Part shown: positions 15,606 through 32,600 of the stretch, one piece after another | Position numbering within the stretch: position 1 is the stretch's first letter | Layout: the number at the start of each line of letters is the position of its first letter | Assembly (NCBI GenBank): GCA_951406725.2 | Contig: OX597833.1 | Coordinates: 23,684,001 to 23,748,000 of the forward strand | Direction of reading: 5' to 3' | Origin: Octopus vulgaris | Taxonomy: Eukaryota | Length of the DNA: 64,000 nt | Notes under the pieces: generated by a model | Told to the model about the DNA's origin: nothing | The model's database searches: none | What the model saw: the letters and a program-made list of their open reading frames with translations, nothing else | Position numbers and translations under genes: made by a program

Positions 15606-15883
15606 ATATACAGCTGTGGCCATGTTGGGCACCATGCGATTTGGTGTTGCTACTTGGTTTCACTTCATGGAGGCTTTATAGCAACTGCTATTTAAGTATG
15701 AGAGAGTTCGATGCAGCTGCCCTCCTGCCATGAAGTTGGTTCATCTGGGACACCTGACAGGAAGAGATAGCTCCAATAAATACATATCCACCCCATGCAG
15801 GTCTCTCAGGTTCATCAGGAGGATATTGAAGAGCTGTGGGCCTCGGAAGCCCAGGCTATCACAGAATCTTGTCCCACATCTTG

Positions 15884-15885
<2 letters not shown>
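15603..15885 (-). mobile_element. 3' fragment of the CR1-group LINE
   Basis: Matches about 5010-5300 and ends at cttgat followed by (at)n. Confidence 0.85.
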
Positions 15886-15957
<72 letters not shown>

Positions 15958-16025
15958 GCACACACACACATATATATACATACACACACACACATATATA
16001 TACATACACACACACACAAACACAC

Positions 16026-16162
<137 letters not shown>

Positions 16163-16218
16163 CATATTTATATATATATATACATATTTATATATATACA
16201 TATATATATATACATATT

Positions 16219-16278
<60 letters not shown>

Positions 16279-16291
16279 TATATACATATAC

Positions 16292-16410
<119 letters not shown>

Positions 16411-16436
16411 CGATATATATATATATATATATATAT

Positions 16437-17932
16437 GATTGATTGATTGATTGATTCCAGTTCCAGCCTATGAGCTGTGGCCATGCTGGGGCACCGCCAT
16501 TTGGTGTTGCTACTTGGTTTTACTTCATGGGGGCTTTCTAGCAACTGCTATTTGGTGCATGAGAGAGTTCGATGCAGCTGCCCTCATCTGCCCCTCCTGC
16601 CGTGAAGTTGGTTCATCTGGGACACCAGACAGGAAGAGATCCAGCTTCATTTTAAAGACATCTGTATCCACCCCATGCAGGTCTCTCAGGTTCTTCGGGA
16701 GGATATTGAAGAGCTGTGGGCCTCGGAAGCCCAGGCTATCACAGAATCTTGTCCTACATCTTGATGGCAGGTTTGAGTCCTAGGCACCACGCAGTGGCGC
16801 CCAGTTCTGGCATTTGTGTAACTCTCGATGCCAAAGTTCAGGACACTTCCCTCCAGGATCTTCCAGATGTATATTATGGCATATCTTTCCCGCCTACGCT
16901 CCAGGGAGTATAATTTTAATCTCTTGAGTCTTTCCCAGTAGCTTACATTCTGCATAGAGGCTATCTTCTTTGTGTAGCTTCGTTGGATCGCCTCAAGTTC
17001 TGTGATCAACTTGACACTGGGTGGTGACCATAGCTGAGAGCAATAGTCAAAGTGGCTTAGGACAAGTGTCTCCAGAGGACCATCATGGTTTCTTGTTCTC
17101 TTGTTCTAAAGGTTCGAAGAATCCAGCCAGCCAGCCGTCTTCATTTCACTGTCAGTTTAGCAACATGTACATGAAAGGTCGCGTCATCACTCATGTGAAT
17201 ACCCAGGTCACGCACTGATTGTGCCTCTGGGATTGCAATCCTCCGGGTCCAGTGTATTCATTGGGTATTGCATTCAGTTTTGCATGCTGATAGTATAAAG
17301 CTTGAAACTTTCCAGCATTGAACTGCATGCTATTCTTTTCAGCCCACTTGTATATTTCGTCCAGCTCACATTGCAGGTTTTTAGTGTCCTCAGGGTTCTG
17401 TATTGCCTGTGAAACTTTTGTATCATCTGCATAACTTGTGATCGTGGATCTCTGCGTGGCTGAGGGCATGTCTGAGAGGGCCATTATGAACAGTAGTGGT
17501 CCCAAAACAGTGCCCTGTGGAACACCACTCATTATTTGCGTGTTAATGGAAGTGGCCCCATTGGCTACTACCACCTGACTTCTATTCTTCAGAAAGTCGT
17601 GAAGCCATTCTCCTAGTTTTCCAACTATGCCAAGATCACGCAGCCTGTGACATATCATTCCGTGATCGACTTTATCGAAGGCCTTTGCGAAGTCGAGATA
17701 TATGACTTCCACATTTGAGTGGTTGAGCAGTTGTTTCAGCACCCAGTCATAGTGCTGCAGGAGCTGAGTTAAGCAGCTTCTTCCTGGTCGGAAACCATGT
17801 TGGGTGTCAGGCAGCAAGTCATTTTCTTCAAGGAAGGTGATTAGTTTCCTTCTGACTATTCGTTCCATGACCTTGCTGATGTGTGAGGTCAGAGAGATAG
17901 GTCTGTAGTTCTTTGCCTCCGCTCTGCTACCT

Positions 17933-17935
<3 letters not shown>
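16437..17935 (-). mobile_element. 5'-truncated CR1-group LINE (RT to 3' tail)
   Basis: ORF 17191-17868 has YLDFAKAFD, GVPQGTVLGP and YADD. (TGAT)n tail at 16437. Confidence 0.9.
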
Positions 17936-20683
<2,748 letters not shown>

Positions 20684-21989
20684 ATATATATATACATATA
20701 CATATATATATATACATATATATATATACATATATATACATATACATATATATACATATACATATATATATATATACATATATATACATATACATATATA
20801 TACATATACATATATATACATATACATATATATACATATACATATATATACATATACATATATATACATATACATATATATACATATACATATATATACA
20901 TATATATATATACATATATATATATACATATATATACATATACATATATATACATATACATATATATACATATACATATATATACATATACATATATATA
21001 CATATACATATATATACATATATATATATACATATATATATATACATATATATATATACATATATATATACATATATATATATACATATATATATACATA
21101 TGTATATATATATATATATATATAATCTTGTTGCTAAGAGCCACTCATTTACCTATTCTTATTTAGTATCCCGCTGTATTATCGTGCCTGATGTGTGAAA
21201 ATATCTTTTTTTTTTTTTTGCCAATCCCTTGGTCTCCCTTGTTCATGTCAATTCCTCTCAGACCCCGACAATCAATAATCAAGTATAGTAGACAGCTGGT
21301 GAAAACATCCTGGTTTTGCCAATCCCTTGTTCCCCCTTGTTCCTGTCAATTCCTCTCAGACCCCGACAATCAATAATCAAGTATAGTAGACAGCTGAAAA
21401 TGGCGATTTGCCACTGTAAGAGTTGAATTGGTTATAAAATGGGGGACGGGTTAGTAAGGCAGACAGCCAGACAGACAGCAAACCGGCACACCATAGCGGC
21501 TGATGCTAGAATATTCTATTTGTATCGTTTAACCCATCCACTCAACTTTTGCAGCAAAACTCCATGGTCCAACTACATCAATCGAGCTGAAAGCTAAGAA
21601 AATTTCACTTATCTACCTATTCTTATTTAGTATTCCACTGTCTTATTGTGCCTAGTACCATTGTGCCTGATATGTGAAAACATCTTTGTTTCCATCAATC
21701 CCTTTCCCCACCCCTCATCGTCACCGCTACGAGATGCGCGTGCACAGGCTTCCTGGCTATGTATGTATATCTCTGTCCCTCCACCCTCTGCGGTATGCGC
21801 ACATGCCACTTCAGTATAATGTCCGTCTGTCCTCTGGCATACCTATCCGTGGTCTATATGTCTGTCTGTCTCCAGTCTATATATCTGTCTGTCCCGGTCT
21901 ATAGGTCTGCTGGTCCCCGGTCTATATGTCCGTCTGTCTCCAGTCTATATGTCTGTCTGTCCCTGGCATACCTATCTGTCTGTCTGATC

Positions 21990-22252
21990 GACGTGCCGGT
22001 GGCACATAAAAAGCACTCATGACGGTGACACATAAAAGCACCAATGCCGAGAGTCCGGTGCAGGTGGCACGTTAAAAGCACCCAGCACACACTGTAAAGT
22101 GGTTGACATTAGGAAGGGCATCCAGCCGTAGAAACCAAGCCAAAACAGACTGAAACCTGGCACAGCCCCCCAGCTTGCCAGATCCAGTCAAACCGTCGAA
22201 CCGATGTCAGCATGGAAACGGACGTTAAAGGATGATGATGATGATGATGATG
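21990..22252 (+). mobile_element. RTE 3'-end derived short element
   Basis: gtgccggtggcacataaaaagcac...ggaagggcatccagccgtagaaacc...cggacgttaaa followed by (gat)n. Confidence 0.8.
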
Positions 22253-23112
22253 TATGTATAAATCTAGATGTGTGTGTGGTACAATAATTTTTTAGTTTTC
22301 CTGCTGTCTTTGCAGTTAAAAGAATAATACCCAAACAAAAGAGAGGAAAGACCCAGCACTTCGATTGTAAGTTAATCTAAAGATAATCCTAAATAACATC
22401 ATAAAAATATGACTAGTGTTGTTGGTTGTAGAGTAAAATAGATGAGAAATATATCTCCCACTAACAGGCCCCATAGCAAACACTCCCACAAGAACAGGCC
22501 CCCATAGCAAACACTCCCACAAGATCAGCAACAATACTTTGTGGGTGGATCAGTATATTGGTCTCAGATGTTTCTCAGCTACTTGCTAAAAATAGCAGCC
22601 ACATCTCCCTCAAAGAGGAATCCTACATTGATAATGTAGTCCTAGATACATTAGAAGACAGAACAGTGGTGGTGGTCATAGTTGGCTTCCATTATGAGAC
22701 TGCTCGATATACAGTAGACCTAGAGTTAAACAACAGCAACAAAAATGAAAAGTCAAGTCTGTGGGGTTGTTCAACAAGCTATAAACAGCAGTTAAATGTC
22801 CTTCAAAGCATATTGCAATGATGGTGTTGATGATGATGTTCATCATATCAATGTCACCACCACCATCGCTCCTCCCCCTACCTCTGCCACCACCACCTCC
22901 ACAAACATAAATCTTTGATAATGTGATGAATTAAAAGCCTATATTAACAGATGTGGTGCTGGAAGTTTCCAGAGACTGGTCTCCATGAAGACAGAATGGT
23001 AAACCAAATTGATGGAGAGGGTGGTGGGAGATGTGGAAGGTGAGGGGAGGGGGTTAAATGGCTTTTAACTGAGAATGTTTTAGGGAGGCTGGAATAAACT
23101 GCTTTAAAGAGT

Positions 23113-23148
<36 letters not shown>

Positions 23149-23344
23149 ATATTTCGGAATGGTCATTTTGCCAGTTTAGCCAACAAAAACACACGCACTA
23201 TATATTTGGTGTTATTTTGCTTCAGTGTTATTTATTTTTTACATTAATCTTAATCTTATTTCGGCCAGAGTTCTTTCGTCACACTCCTGTGACCGCATCA
23301 GTGGTCCTTTGTTTTCTTCTTTCTTATTTGTGTCTCTCCTTACT

Positions 23345-23730
23345 AACCGTGTGGTAAGAAGTTTGCTTCCCAACCACATGGTTCCGGGTTCAGTCCCACT
23401 GCGTGGCACCTTGGGCAAGTGTCTTCTACTATAGCCTTGGCCTGCCCAAAGCCTTGTGAGTGGATTTGGTAGATGGAAACTGAAAGAAGCCCATCGTATA
23501 TATATATATGTATGTGTGTGTGTCTTTGTTTGTCCCCCACCACCGCTTGATAACCGGCGATAGCTTGTTACGTCCCCGTAACTTAGCGGTTCGGCAATAG
23601 AGACCGATAGAATAAGTACCAGGCTTTAAAAAATAAGTACTGGGGTCGATTTGTTCAACTAAAAATTCATCAAGGCGGTGCCCCAGCATCGCCGCTGTCT
23701 TATGACTGAAACAAGTAAAAGAAAAAAAAA
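23345..23730 (+). mobile_element. tRNA-derived CORE-type SINE with CR1-like 3' tail
   Basis: gtggtaagaagtttgcttcccaaccacatggttccgggttcagtccc (A/B-box-like), ccttgggcaagtg (CORE-like), then ggcggtgccccagcat...actgaaac and an A-rich tail. Confidence 0.8.
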
Positions 23731-23775
23731 TTTATATACATACATATATATATTTATATATATATACATACATAC

Positions 23776-24125
23776 ATCATCATCATCGTTTAACGTCTGC
23801 TTTCCATGCTAGCATGGGTTGGACGATTTGATTGAGGACTGGCGAACCAGATGGCTGCACCAGGCCCCAATCTTAATCTGGCAGAGTTTCTACAGCTGGA
23901 TGCCCTTCCTAACACCAACCACTCTGAGAGTATAGTGGGTGCTTTTTATGTGCCACCGGTACGGGGGCCAGTCAGGCGGTACTGGCAATGACCTCGCTCA
24001 AATCATTTTACATATGCCACCGGCACAGGTGCCAGTAAGGCGGTGTTGGTAACGATCACACTCGAATAGTGCCCTTTTACGTGCCACCGACACGGAAGCC
24101 AGTTAGTCACTCTGGCAACGATCAC
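23776..24125 (-). mobile_element. RTE 3'-end derived short element
   Basis: (cat)n cgtttaacgtctgctttccatgctagc...gtgccaccggcac repeats. Confidence 0.8.
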
Positions 24126-24554
24126 ACTATATGTGTGTGTGTTTGTGTAAAGTAGGAGTGTATATATGTATGTATGTGTGTGTATACCCAACAAAATATC
24201 TGAAACTGTATCCTTGAGGAAAAAAAAAACAGATTTGATTTTCAAAATGTGTATCCCAAAGTGGTTTTCAGTAAATAATAATCAGAAAATATAATTTGAC
24301 GCAGGAAATAGCTCAACTTTTTAGATCGCTAAATCTCCTTCTTACCACAAGAGTGCTATCCCTCTTGACCTGACTCATATTCCCATGGCTTCATCCAAAA
24401 GGAGCACATATCCTTTTTTTCCCCACCTCCACATATATATATATATACTTACATACAAGACCAAAAAGGGTACGGGTGCCGCTATATATATATGTATATG
24501 TAAAAAAATACAAACCAGGACAAGAACGCAAAACATTTAGAGGACGACACAAAA

Positions 24555-24670
24555 ACACAGACGGGACATTCGAAGCCTTGAGGCTGGCCATCTCAAGATT
24601 AATCAGCCGAAATTGCGAGGATGATCTGGTTCTTGACTGAAGATTGAAGGCTTCGAATGTCCCGTCTGTG
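24555..24670. repeat. Inverted-repeat Penelope-like remnant
   Basis: Inverted arms cacagacgggacattcgaagcctt and aaggcttcgaatgtcccgtctgtg. Confidence 0.55.
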
Positions 24671-24729
24671 CCCCTTGCATTGTCCTCCAAATGTTTTGTG
24701 TTCCTGTCCCAGCTCGTATCCCTTTACAT

Positions 24730-24761
<32 letters not shown>

Positions 24762-25234
24762 GCCCCGTAGCTACCAGTTGAAATTTATAGTTGTATATTC
24801 CAATTTATAGTTCGAGGTGTTCATACATCTTGAATTCACTGCTCATGGATCAGTTTACACATCTGGTTAGACACAGATTATGACATTTAACAAATGAGCA
24901 CACCCACCCTCCTCACAGCTAGAATCAACTATGTTCAACCAGGTACATTTACATACATATGAACACACAAGTCAAGATATTAGCTGATGCTACAGGTACA
25001 TGTATGGAAATGCCCACAAATTTGAACAATATCTTTTAAACTCATCATCATCATTATTGCTGTTGTTTAACATCCGTTTTCCATGCTGGTATGGGTTGGA
25101 CAGTTTGACAGAAGATGGCCAGCCAGGAAGGGGCCCAGACTGTCTGTTGTGGCATGGTGTCTATGGTTGGGTGCCCTTTTCTAATGCCAAAATATACTTT
25201 AATTTATGGCTTATAATTTCCTTGCATGTATCAT

Positions 25235-25266
<32 letters not shown>

Positions 25267-25724
25267 ACACACACACACACACACATATTTGGCTTTGTTT
25301 ACATACTCTCAAGTTTATTATGATTATAATTATTACTGCCATTGTGATTATGAACAACAAAATCCAAATATATATTCAAAGTTTAAGACGGAAAAACAAA
25401 GTCTGTCCCTCTCCCCACCCACCACACCGATGTGCAATTTTCCCCCAACCCCACCCACCACCAAGTGCCATCCATTTTGTGTAGCGCTAGATTACACAGT
25501 TGTATATAAAAATGGAGACCACCCTCCCCCTGTGGAATGAAGTTAAAATAATAGACAGAGAACACCACTGGAAAATACGAAAACTAAAAGAAGCAGCTTA
25601 AATGCTAGGACACAACAACCTCCTAAGTAAACCAAGTGCAGATATGAGCAACATATGGGAACTGGTATTAAGGAAGAATAGAAAAATATTAGGTTTATAA
25701 ACCCTAAAATTCACTCCATAATTG

Positions 25725-25965
25725 CCCACAGGCATATGGCGAAGTGGGAAAGAGCACAGGCTACTAACCCCAAGATTCCCAGTTCGATTCCAGGCAGTGA
25801 CCTGAATAATAATAATAATAATAATAACATTGAAAAATACCTTAGGAATGAGAACCCAGGTTCGAAATTTCCCCAAGACACCTGATGAAGGCTGGAGGGT
25901 ATATCAGCCAAAACGTGTTAACAACAAACAAAATGAGGACAAATATCCGTCAAATGTAAATAATG
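25725..25965 (+). mobile_element. tRNA-headed short element followed by a degenerate hammerhead-like motif
   Basis: A box tggcgaagtgg, B box gttcgattcc, then (aat)n, then gacac-CTGATGA-a-ggctg..cagcc-aaaac-gtgtt. Confidence 0.6.
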
Positions 25966-26257
25966 CACTAGATTACAGTTTCAATATCAGGCAACTTCAC
26001 AAAGTAATTTAGCTTCATCATCGCTTCAGAATTAATTTTTAAATTTTCCTGTTAATAGGACAACGATGAAGTTAAATGACTAAACTTTAAACAGCAACTG
26101 CAGTAAATTAGGGGATGCCCATTACCATAACATTCATTGATGATATGATCCCTTAAAAATATTAACTCCAATTATTATTATTGCTGCTGCTGCACAAATT
26201 AATTTATTATTTTAAATGTATCTTAATTTGTATAAAGAGAAAGCAAAAAATATAGAT

Positions 26258-26595
26258 ATGTGGTTCCAGGTTCAGTCCCACTGCTGGCATCTCAGGCAAG
26301 TGTCTTCTACTATAGCCTCAAGCCAACTAAAGTCTGTGAGTGGATTTGGTAGACAGAAACTGAAACAAGCCTCTGTGTGTGTGTGTGAGGGGGTCTGTGT
26401 GTGTGTGACCACCACTTAACTAGTGTCAGTGTATTTATGTCCCCATAAATTAGCAGTTTCACAAAACAGACCAACAGAACAAGTATCAGAAATGGAAAGA
26501 GAAATAAGTCCTGGGTTGGAGTCCGACTAAAAGTTCTTCAAAGCAGTAATCCAGCATGGCTGCAGTCCAATGACTGAAGCAAGCAAAGGATAAAA
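26258..26595 (+). mobile_element. CORE-type SINE (diverged copy)
   Basis: Homologous to 23345-23730 and 59822-60240. Confidence 0.7.
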
Positions 26596-28516
26596 TATCA
26601 ATCTGGATCTCTCCCCCCCTCTCTCTCTCACACTCACACACACGATGCATATGGCTGTTGTGATTTAGCAAATAGAAAGAAAGAGGTGAAAGGAGTTAAG
26701 AAATTTAAAACTCGGTCAGTTGTTTTGTGTGACAGAGAATATACTTGCACAAAAAAAGACATGAAGACACTGTTGCTCAGGGGAAGTTGCCTGTAGCAAC
26801 GGTGTAACTTGTTTTTTATATATTTGTTAACAATCTTAACTTTAAAAAAATGTAACAATGAAAAAAAGCAGCACATAGACATAAATGATTTGTGGGGAGA
26901 ACTACATGTAAGTAGTTTGGTGCCTTACAATTCTGAAATTAACTTGATGGAATGTGAAACAATAGGTAATGTGAAAAAATTTAAAAATTCTAAATTTTCT
27001 CCACATAAAAGCAAAACAACATTGATTAAAGTTAGAAGCAGCCAGGGTTGCAGAATAAAAAATTTGCAGTCGGAAAAGCAAAAATGTTATGCTTGACAGT
27101 TTCATGCAATGCATGTTAGAGTAACAGGGAAAAAAAGGACTCAAAAAGTTTTTAAAATCCAACATTTGATTGATCAGTTAATCCTTTTTCCTTAAACTAC
27201 ACAGTATCTGCCTAAAATAATTTCCTTTACAAAAAGACTGGATTATTGAGAATGTTGGAATGTCTTGAACGAAGAAATTAAGTTGTTTAATTTTCAGCTT
27301 ACCTAAAAACTCATTTTTTAAAACATTCTTTTTCTTATCATAGCTGTTGCTTAAAAGAAACAAATTTATTATTGTTGTTGTTGTTCCAAATGCTATAAAT
27401 TTTCAGGTAGAGATCCTGGTATGGAAAATAAAAAATCCTGTTAAAAAATTATTTCTCTAGACAAAGTTTATTTCGAATACAGAGTAGGCAGTTATCTCCC
27501 CTACACTTTAAGGGCTGTAAAACGAATCTCTTACGAGAAAGCCACCTTCAAACAAAAGGAAAATGTTAAGATTTTTGTGATTTTATGATTTAGAAAGAAT
27601 AAAAGAAAACCCACAAAGTGTTTCTATGCTCCTAAGTAAAAAATGAAGTTATTAGTTATGAGATCCTCGGTGAAATTTTAAATAGAAACTAATTTCAAAT
27701 GTTTAGAGGTAATACAATATTTGTTTTTTACCAACAAAAATACGTTTCAAAATCTTTTGTTGCTTCTAGAATTTTTTGCCTTTTTTGGAAAGATTAATAT
27801 CTGCAAATATTTGAAATAACAATACATTAACTTATAATCAAATCAGGAAAACAAACAACAAAATATGGAGAAGACTATAGAATAATAATAATAATAAATC
27901 TAAATAAAATGCAGTTTTAATATATTAATTACAAACATGCAAGTATCAGCTGAAAATAAACAATGTTAATTAAATATACATATATTTAGGGGACTAAGGG
28001 TCAAAATCCTTAAACAGATATCTTTACATAAATCAATGTAGCAAATGTCCCCCCCTCCCCATTGTAGGATGTACCCTTATAGTTTGTATGACTATTTGTC
28101 CCCCACCTACCCACCAGCAGTATAGGGCTTGTCCACACACTCTGTAAGATTTATACTTCACAGTAATATAAGTATGAATATATTTGTGTACACATGTTTA
28201 TAGTAAATCATGTTGATGTAGGTAGAGTTTCTTGTGGCCACCACTAGTGATGGTTGACCAAGGCTAGTTCAAATGACACAAAATCTGTGGATTTAAAAAA
28301 AAATCTATTTCAGTGTTGAGAAATAATAAAATCTGGACAGGGAAGCCATGTTTGATGAAAAAATAGTGAAGAACATGTAGGCATTCAGGGAAAACAGCAG
28401 TCTACATGTGTGCTGATAATGAATACATAGTTAGGTGTGTGTGTGTGTGTGAGTACATGTGTGACTGTCTATTTGTGTAGATGTATGTCAACTGGTATGA
28501 GTGTATATACACATGC

Positions 28517-28708
28517 ACCATCATCATCATCTTTCTTTAACGTCCAATTTCCATGCTGGCATGGGTTGGACGGTTTGACAGGAGGTGGCAAGGCCGGAAA
28601 GCTACACCAGTCTCCATTTGTCTGCTTTGGCATGGTTTACATGGCTGGATACCCTTCCTATCGCCAAACACTTTACAGAATGTACTGGGTGCTTTCTATG
28701 TGGCACCT
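28517..28708 (-). mobile_element. RTE 3'-end derived short element
   Basis: (cat)n...ttaacgtcc...ccatgctggcatgggttggacggtttgac. Confidence 0.7.
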
Positions 28709-29007
28709 GCACAATAATGGTATGTGCAATGCCAGTAAATCTGAATGGCCAACTCCATGTAGGAGAAAACTGCTCAATTGGTTTGATGCCATTCTCCACT
28801 AAAACCTAGTTTGTTCCAAAGACGAGCTGAAGAATCCAGAATATTCTGTTCCCAGAGTAAAAACCATGTAAAAGGGAAACATGGACAGAGGATAAGGTTT
28901 TGTTCTGATTTTAGGGCCACAAGAGGAAGGTCTGTTCTGTTGGGGTGAGTGTGTGGAAAAAGGGCCATGTTCTGTGGGCAGCAATGTTTATAAAGGGGCC
29001 TTCACTG

Positions 29008-29325
29008 ATTAGATGGATGGGCACTCCATCGATTATGATGACGAGGGTTCCAGTTGTTCCGATCAATGGAACACCCTGCTCGTGAAATTAATGTGCAAGT
29101 GGCTGAGCACTCCACAGACATATGTACCCTTAACGTAGTTCTCAGGGAGATTCAGTGTGACACAGAATGTGACAAGGCTGGCCCTTTGAATTACAGGTAC
29201 AACTCATTTTGCCAGCTGAGTGGACTGGAGCAATGTGAAATAAAGTGTCTTGCTCAAGGAGACATTGTGCTGCCAGGTATTGAACTCACAACCATACGAT
29301 TATGAGCTGAACACCCTTGCACTGA
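29008..29325 (-). mobile_element. tRNA-derived SINE, third family (related copy at about 55290-55520)
   Basis: On the minus strand: gagttcaatacc (B-box-like) and ccttgagcaagacactttatttcac. Confidence 0.6.
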
Positions 29326-29659
29326 GATCAAATCACAACCCTGGATATAAAATAAAGTTCACTGAAATCAACTGTTGTTTATTTAGCCCCAGGTTAGTCA
29401 AGATCTTGCAGTGACCTTTAAACTGTTTTATGTGGACATATGCAAGTACATATCTATATCCATACATGTACTTTATTTATGTACTTTATTTATGTACATA
29501 TGTATGAACATAAATATCTATGGGTGTACATACAGACATGTGTATATATATGTGTACATACAGATGTATGTATGTGTGAGTGTGTATATAAGTGTGTCTA
29601 TGTATGTTTGTGTCTATATGTGTGTATGCATGTATATACAGACATGTATGTATGCCTTA

Positions 29660-32600
29660 TAAATCCTTAAATCCTTTAAAATGTTTTAGTCCGGAGGCCG
29701 CGGCCATGCTGGGGCACCACCGCTGAATGAGCTACACTAATATGTGAATCCACCTCTGATACGTGGCACTTGATCAACAATGGAGTTTGACGCTGCTGTC
29801 CGCATCTGCGTCTCCTGTCGTGAGGTAGGTTCATCTGGGACTCCCGACAAGAAGAGATCCAGTTTAGTTTTAAAGAAACCCACATCCACACCATGTAAGT
29901 CTCTCAGGCATTTAGGGAGGATGTTAAAGAGCTGTAGTCCTCTGAAACCCAAGCTGTTGCAGTATCTGGACCTGTATTTTGATGGGGATGTTGGAATCTT
30001 TGGCACCATGCAGTGGCGCAACTTTGAATGCAAAAGTTTGGGACAAGACCCTCCAGGGTTTTCCAGATGTATATCACCGCATATCTCTCCCGCCTCCGCT
30101 CTAGGGAGAAGAGGTTTAATACCTTCAGTCTTTCCCAGTAGCTGATATTTTGCATTGAGATAATTTTCTTTGTGTAGCTTCTCTGAATTGCTTCGAGTTC
30201 TGCTGTTAGTTTTATATTGTGTGGTGACCATAGTTGGGAGCAGTAGTCCAAGCGGCTGAGGACGAATGTTTTCCATAGGACCATCAGTGTCTCCTTCTCT
30301 CTTGTTCTGAAAGTTTGGAGAATCCATCCAGCTAGCCGTCTGCATTTTATCACCAGATTAGCAATATGCACTTGGAAAGATGCATTATTGCTCATGTCAA
30401 TGCCCAGGTCACACACTGATTTTGACTCAGGGATTGCAATTCTTCCTGGGCCAGTGTATCCAGTCTGCACGTCATTTACCTTTGTGTGCCAGTAGCACAG
30501 GGCCTGGAACTTACCTGCATTAAACTGCATGTTGTTGTCCTCAGCCCACCTGTATATTGTGTCCAACTCCTGTTGCAGATGCGCAATATTTTCAGGGTTT
30601 TGTATTGCGTGGGAGACTTTTGTGTCATCTGCATAGCTAGCAAGGGTGGTCATCGTAGCAACTGAAGGCATGTCTGAAAGGGCCACTATGAACATCAGTG
30701 GCCCCAAGACAGTGCCCTGTGGGACACCGCTTGTTATTTGTGTTTCCTTGGAGGTGGCTCCATTGCTCACAACTGCCTGTTTTCTGTCTTTTAGGAAGTT
30801 GTGCAGCCACTCTCCAAGTTTTCCGCCTATGCCAAGACCACGCAGTTTGTGACAGATCATACCATGGTCGACTTTATCAAAGGCTTTTGTCGAGATATAT
30901 TACATCCACATTTGAGCCATTTAGTAGCTGTTTCAACACCCAGTCATAGTGTTGCAGGAGCTGTGTTAGGCAGCTTCTACCTGGTCGAAATCCATGCTGG
31001 GTGTCAGACAGCAAGTCATTTTCTTCAAGGAACATGATTAGTTTCTTACGGACTATTCGTTCCATGACTTTGCTGATTTGTGAGGTCAGAGAGATAGGCC
31101 TATAATTTTTAGCATCTGCTCTGCTACCTCCCTTATGGATAGGGCATATTACCCCCTCTTTCAATTTGACTGGAAGCTTACCACTTGCAAGAAAGCTCTG
31201 AAAAAGAAGCTGTAGCGGTTTTGCAAGGGCTCGTTTGCAGCTGAGTTTGTGTCAATCTCATCTATGGCTAGTGTGATATCATCATCTTCGATGTTGATGT
31301 ACTCAATTTTTGCCTCTTTGGCCGCAGGTAAAGTGGCAAAGTATTCTTCTGGGTTGTTTACTTGCCTGTGTCCTAGAGGTGTAGTGAACACACTTTGGAA
31401 TTGTTCGTTCAGTATTTCACTTATCCTCGTGGGATTTCCTGTGAGAGAGCCATCTTTTTGGAAGAGAGGTCCTATTCTCTGGTGCACTGTGGCTGTCTCT
31501 TTGGCAAACTTAAAGAAAGCTTTAGGGTTTGATTTTATATTTTCTCTTATCCAAGCTTCTTTATCTGCTCTCTCCTTTTCATGGGACTGATGCAGACTTT
31601 TCTCAATTTCCATTAGCATTCTCTCGAGCCGAGACTTCTCACCACTTTTGGTGTGCTTGCTCAGGCGGTTCGCAATCCTTCTCCGTCGTCTCATAAGAAT
31701 CTTCCTTTCTCTAGGGATCCTGTTTTTGTTTTTGTGTGTGCTGGCCCTGCACACTGGGACATATTTGTCATATATGGCTTGTATTATGGACATGAAGTGT
31801 TTGTGTTTCATGTTTATGTCCGGTGTGGAGAGACATTTAGGCCAATCCTGTTTGAGGATCTCTTTCTCAATCAACTTCCAGTTTGCTTTATGAAAGTTTA
31901 AGTTGGAGAGATGGTGGATGCTTCGTATAGGCTGTGTCTATGGGGGCTTTTGTTCCATACATAGACAGCTATGTTATGTTGTGATCCGAGATCATTGTCG
32001 GCATCACATTAACATTATGGATAATATCCATATTGTTTGTGAAGCAGAGATCCAGTATATTATCTGCCCTTGTTGGTTGCAGAACTCTTTGCTCCATGAA
32101 AGAGGCATTTGTGAGTTGGAGCAGGGACTCTGCCTGTGCCTGCTGATGTGTCATCCCTGGGAGCATCTACGCCCCAGGCCATTCCACATTGGGGAGGTTA
32201 AAGTCACCCATGAAGAATACACTGTTGTGTTGTTCAAGGTTGGTGAGGACTTCTCCTATTTTTGTTAGGCAGTCTTCAAACATGCCTGAGTGATTTGGGG
32301 CATCTGGTGGGCGATATGTAGTGCATATGACGATATTCAGTTGTCTTATGTGTACAATTTGAGTTTCACACACTGAGTTTGAATATGACAACAGGACCTG
32401 GGGCGTGAGGTCATCTCGGATGTACATTGCAACTCCACCATGGCTCCTTCCTTTTCTATCTGTGCGTATGACTGCATATTGCGGCATGTGTATTTCTGCA
32501 TCACCTATATCGGGTTCAAGATGCGTTTCTGTGAGTGCCATGCATATAGCTTGATTGCATGTCACAAGGTCTCTCAGGAATGAGATTTTCCTTTTACAGT

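Noticed and set aside
25725-25805. Functional tRNA gene
   Set aside because: It has A and B boxes but no convincing acceptor stem, and it is followed by (AAT)n. A SINE head fits better.
27300-28290. Isolated splice-like signals on the minus strand (near 27300 and 28285; similar ones near 860 and 49520)
   Set aside because: The frames are short or hit stops, and such signals are expected by chance in AT-rich DNA.
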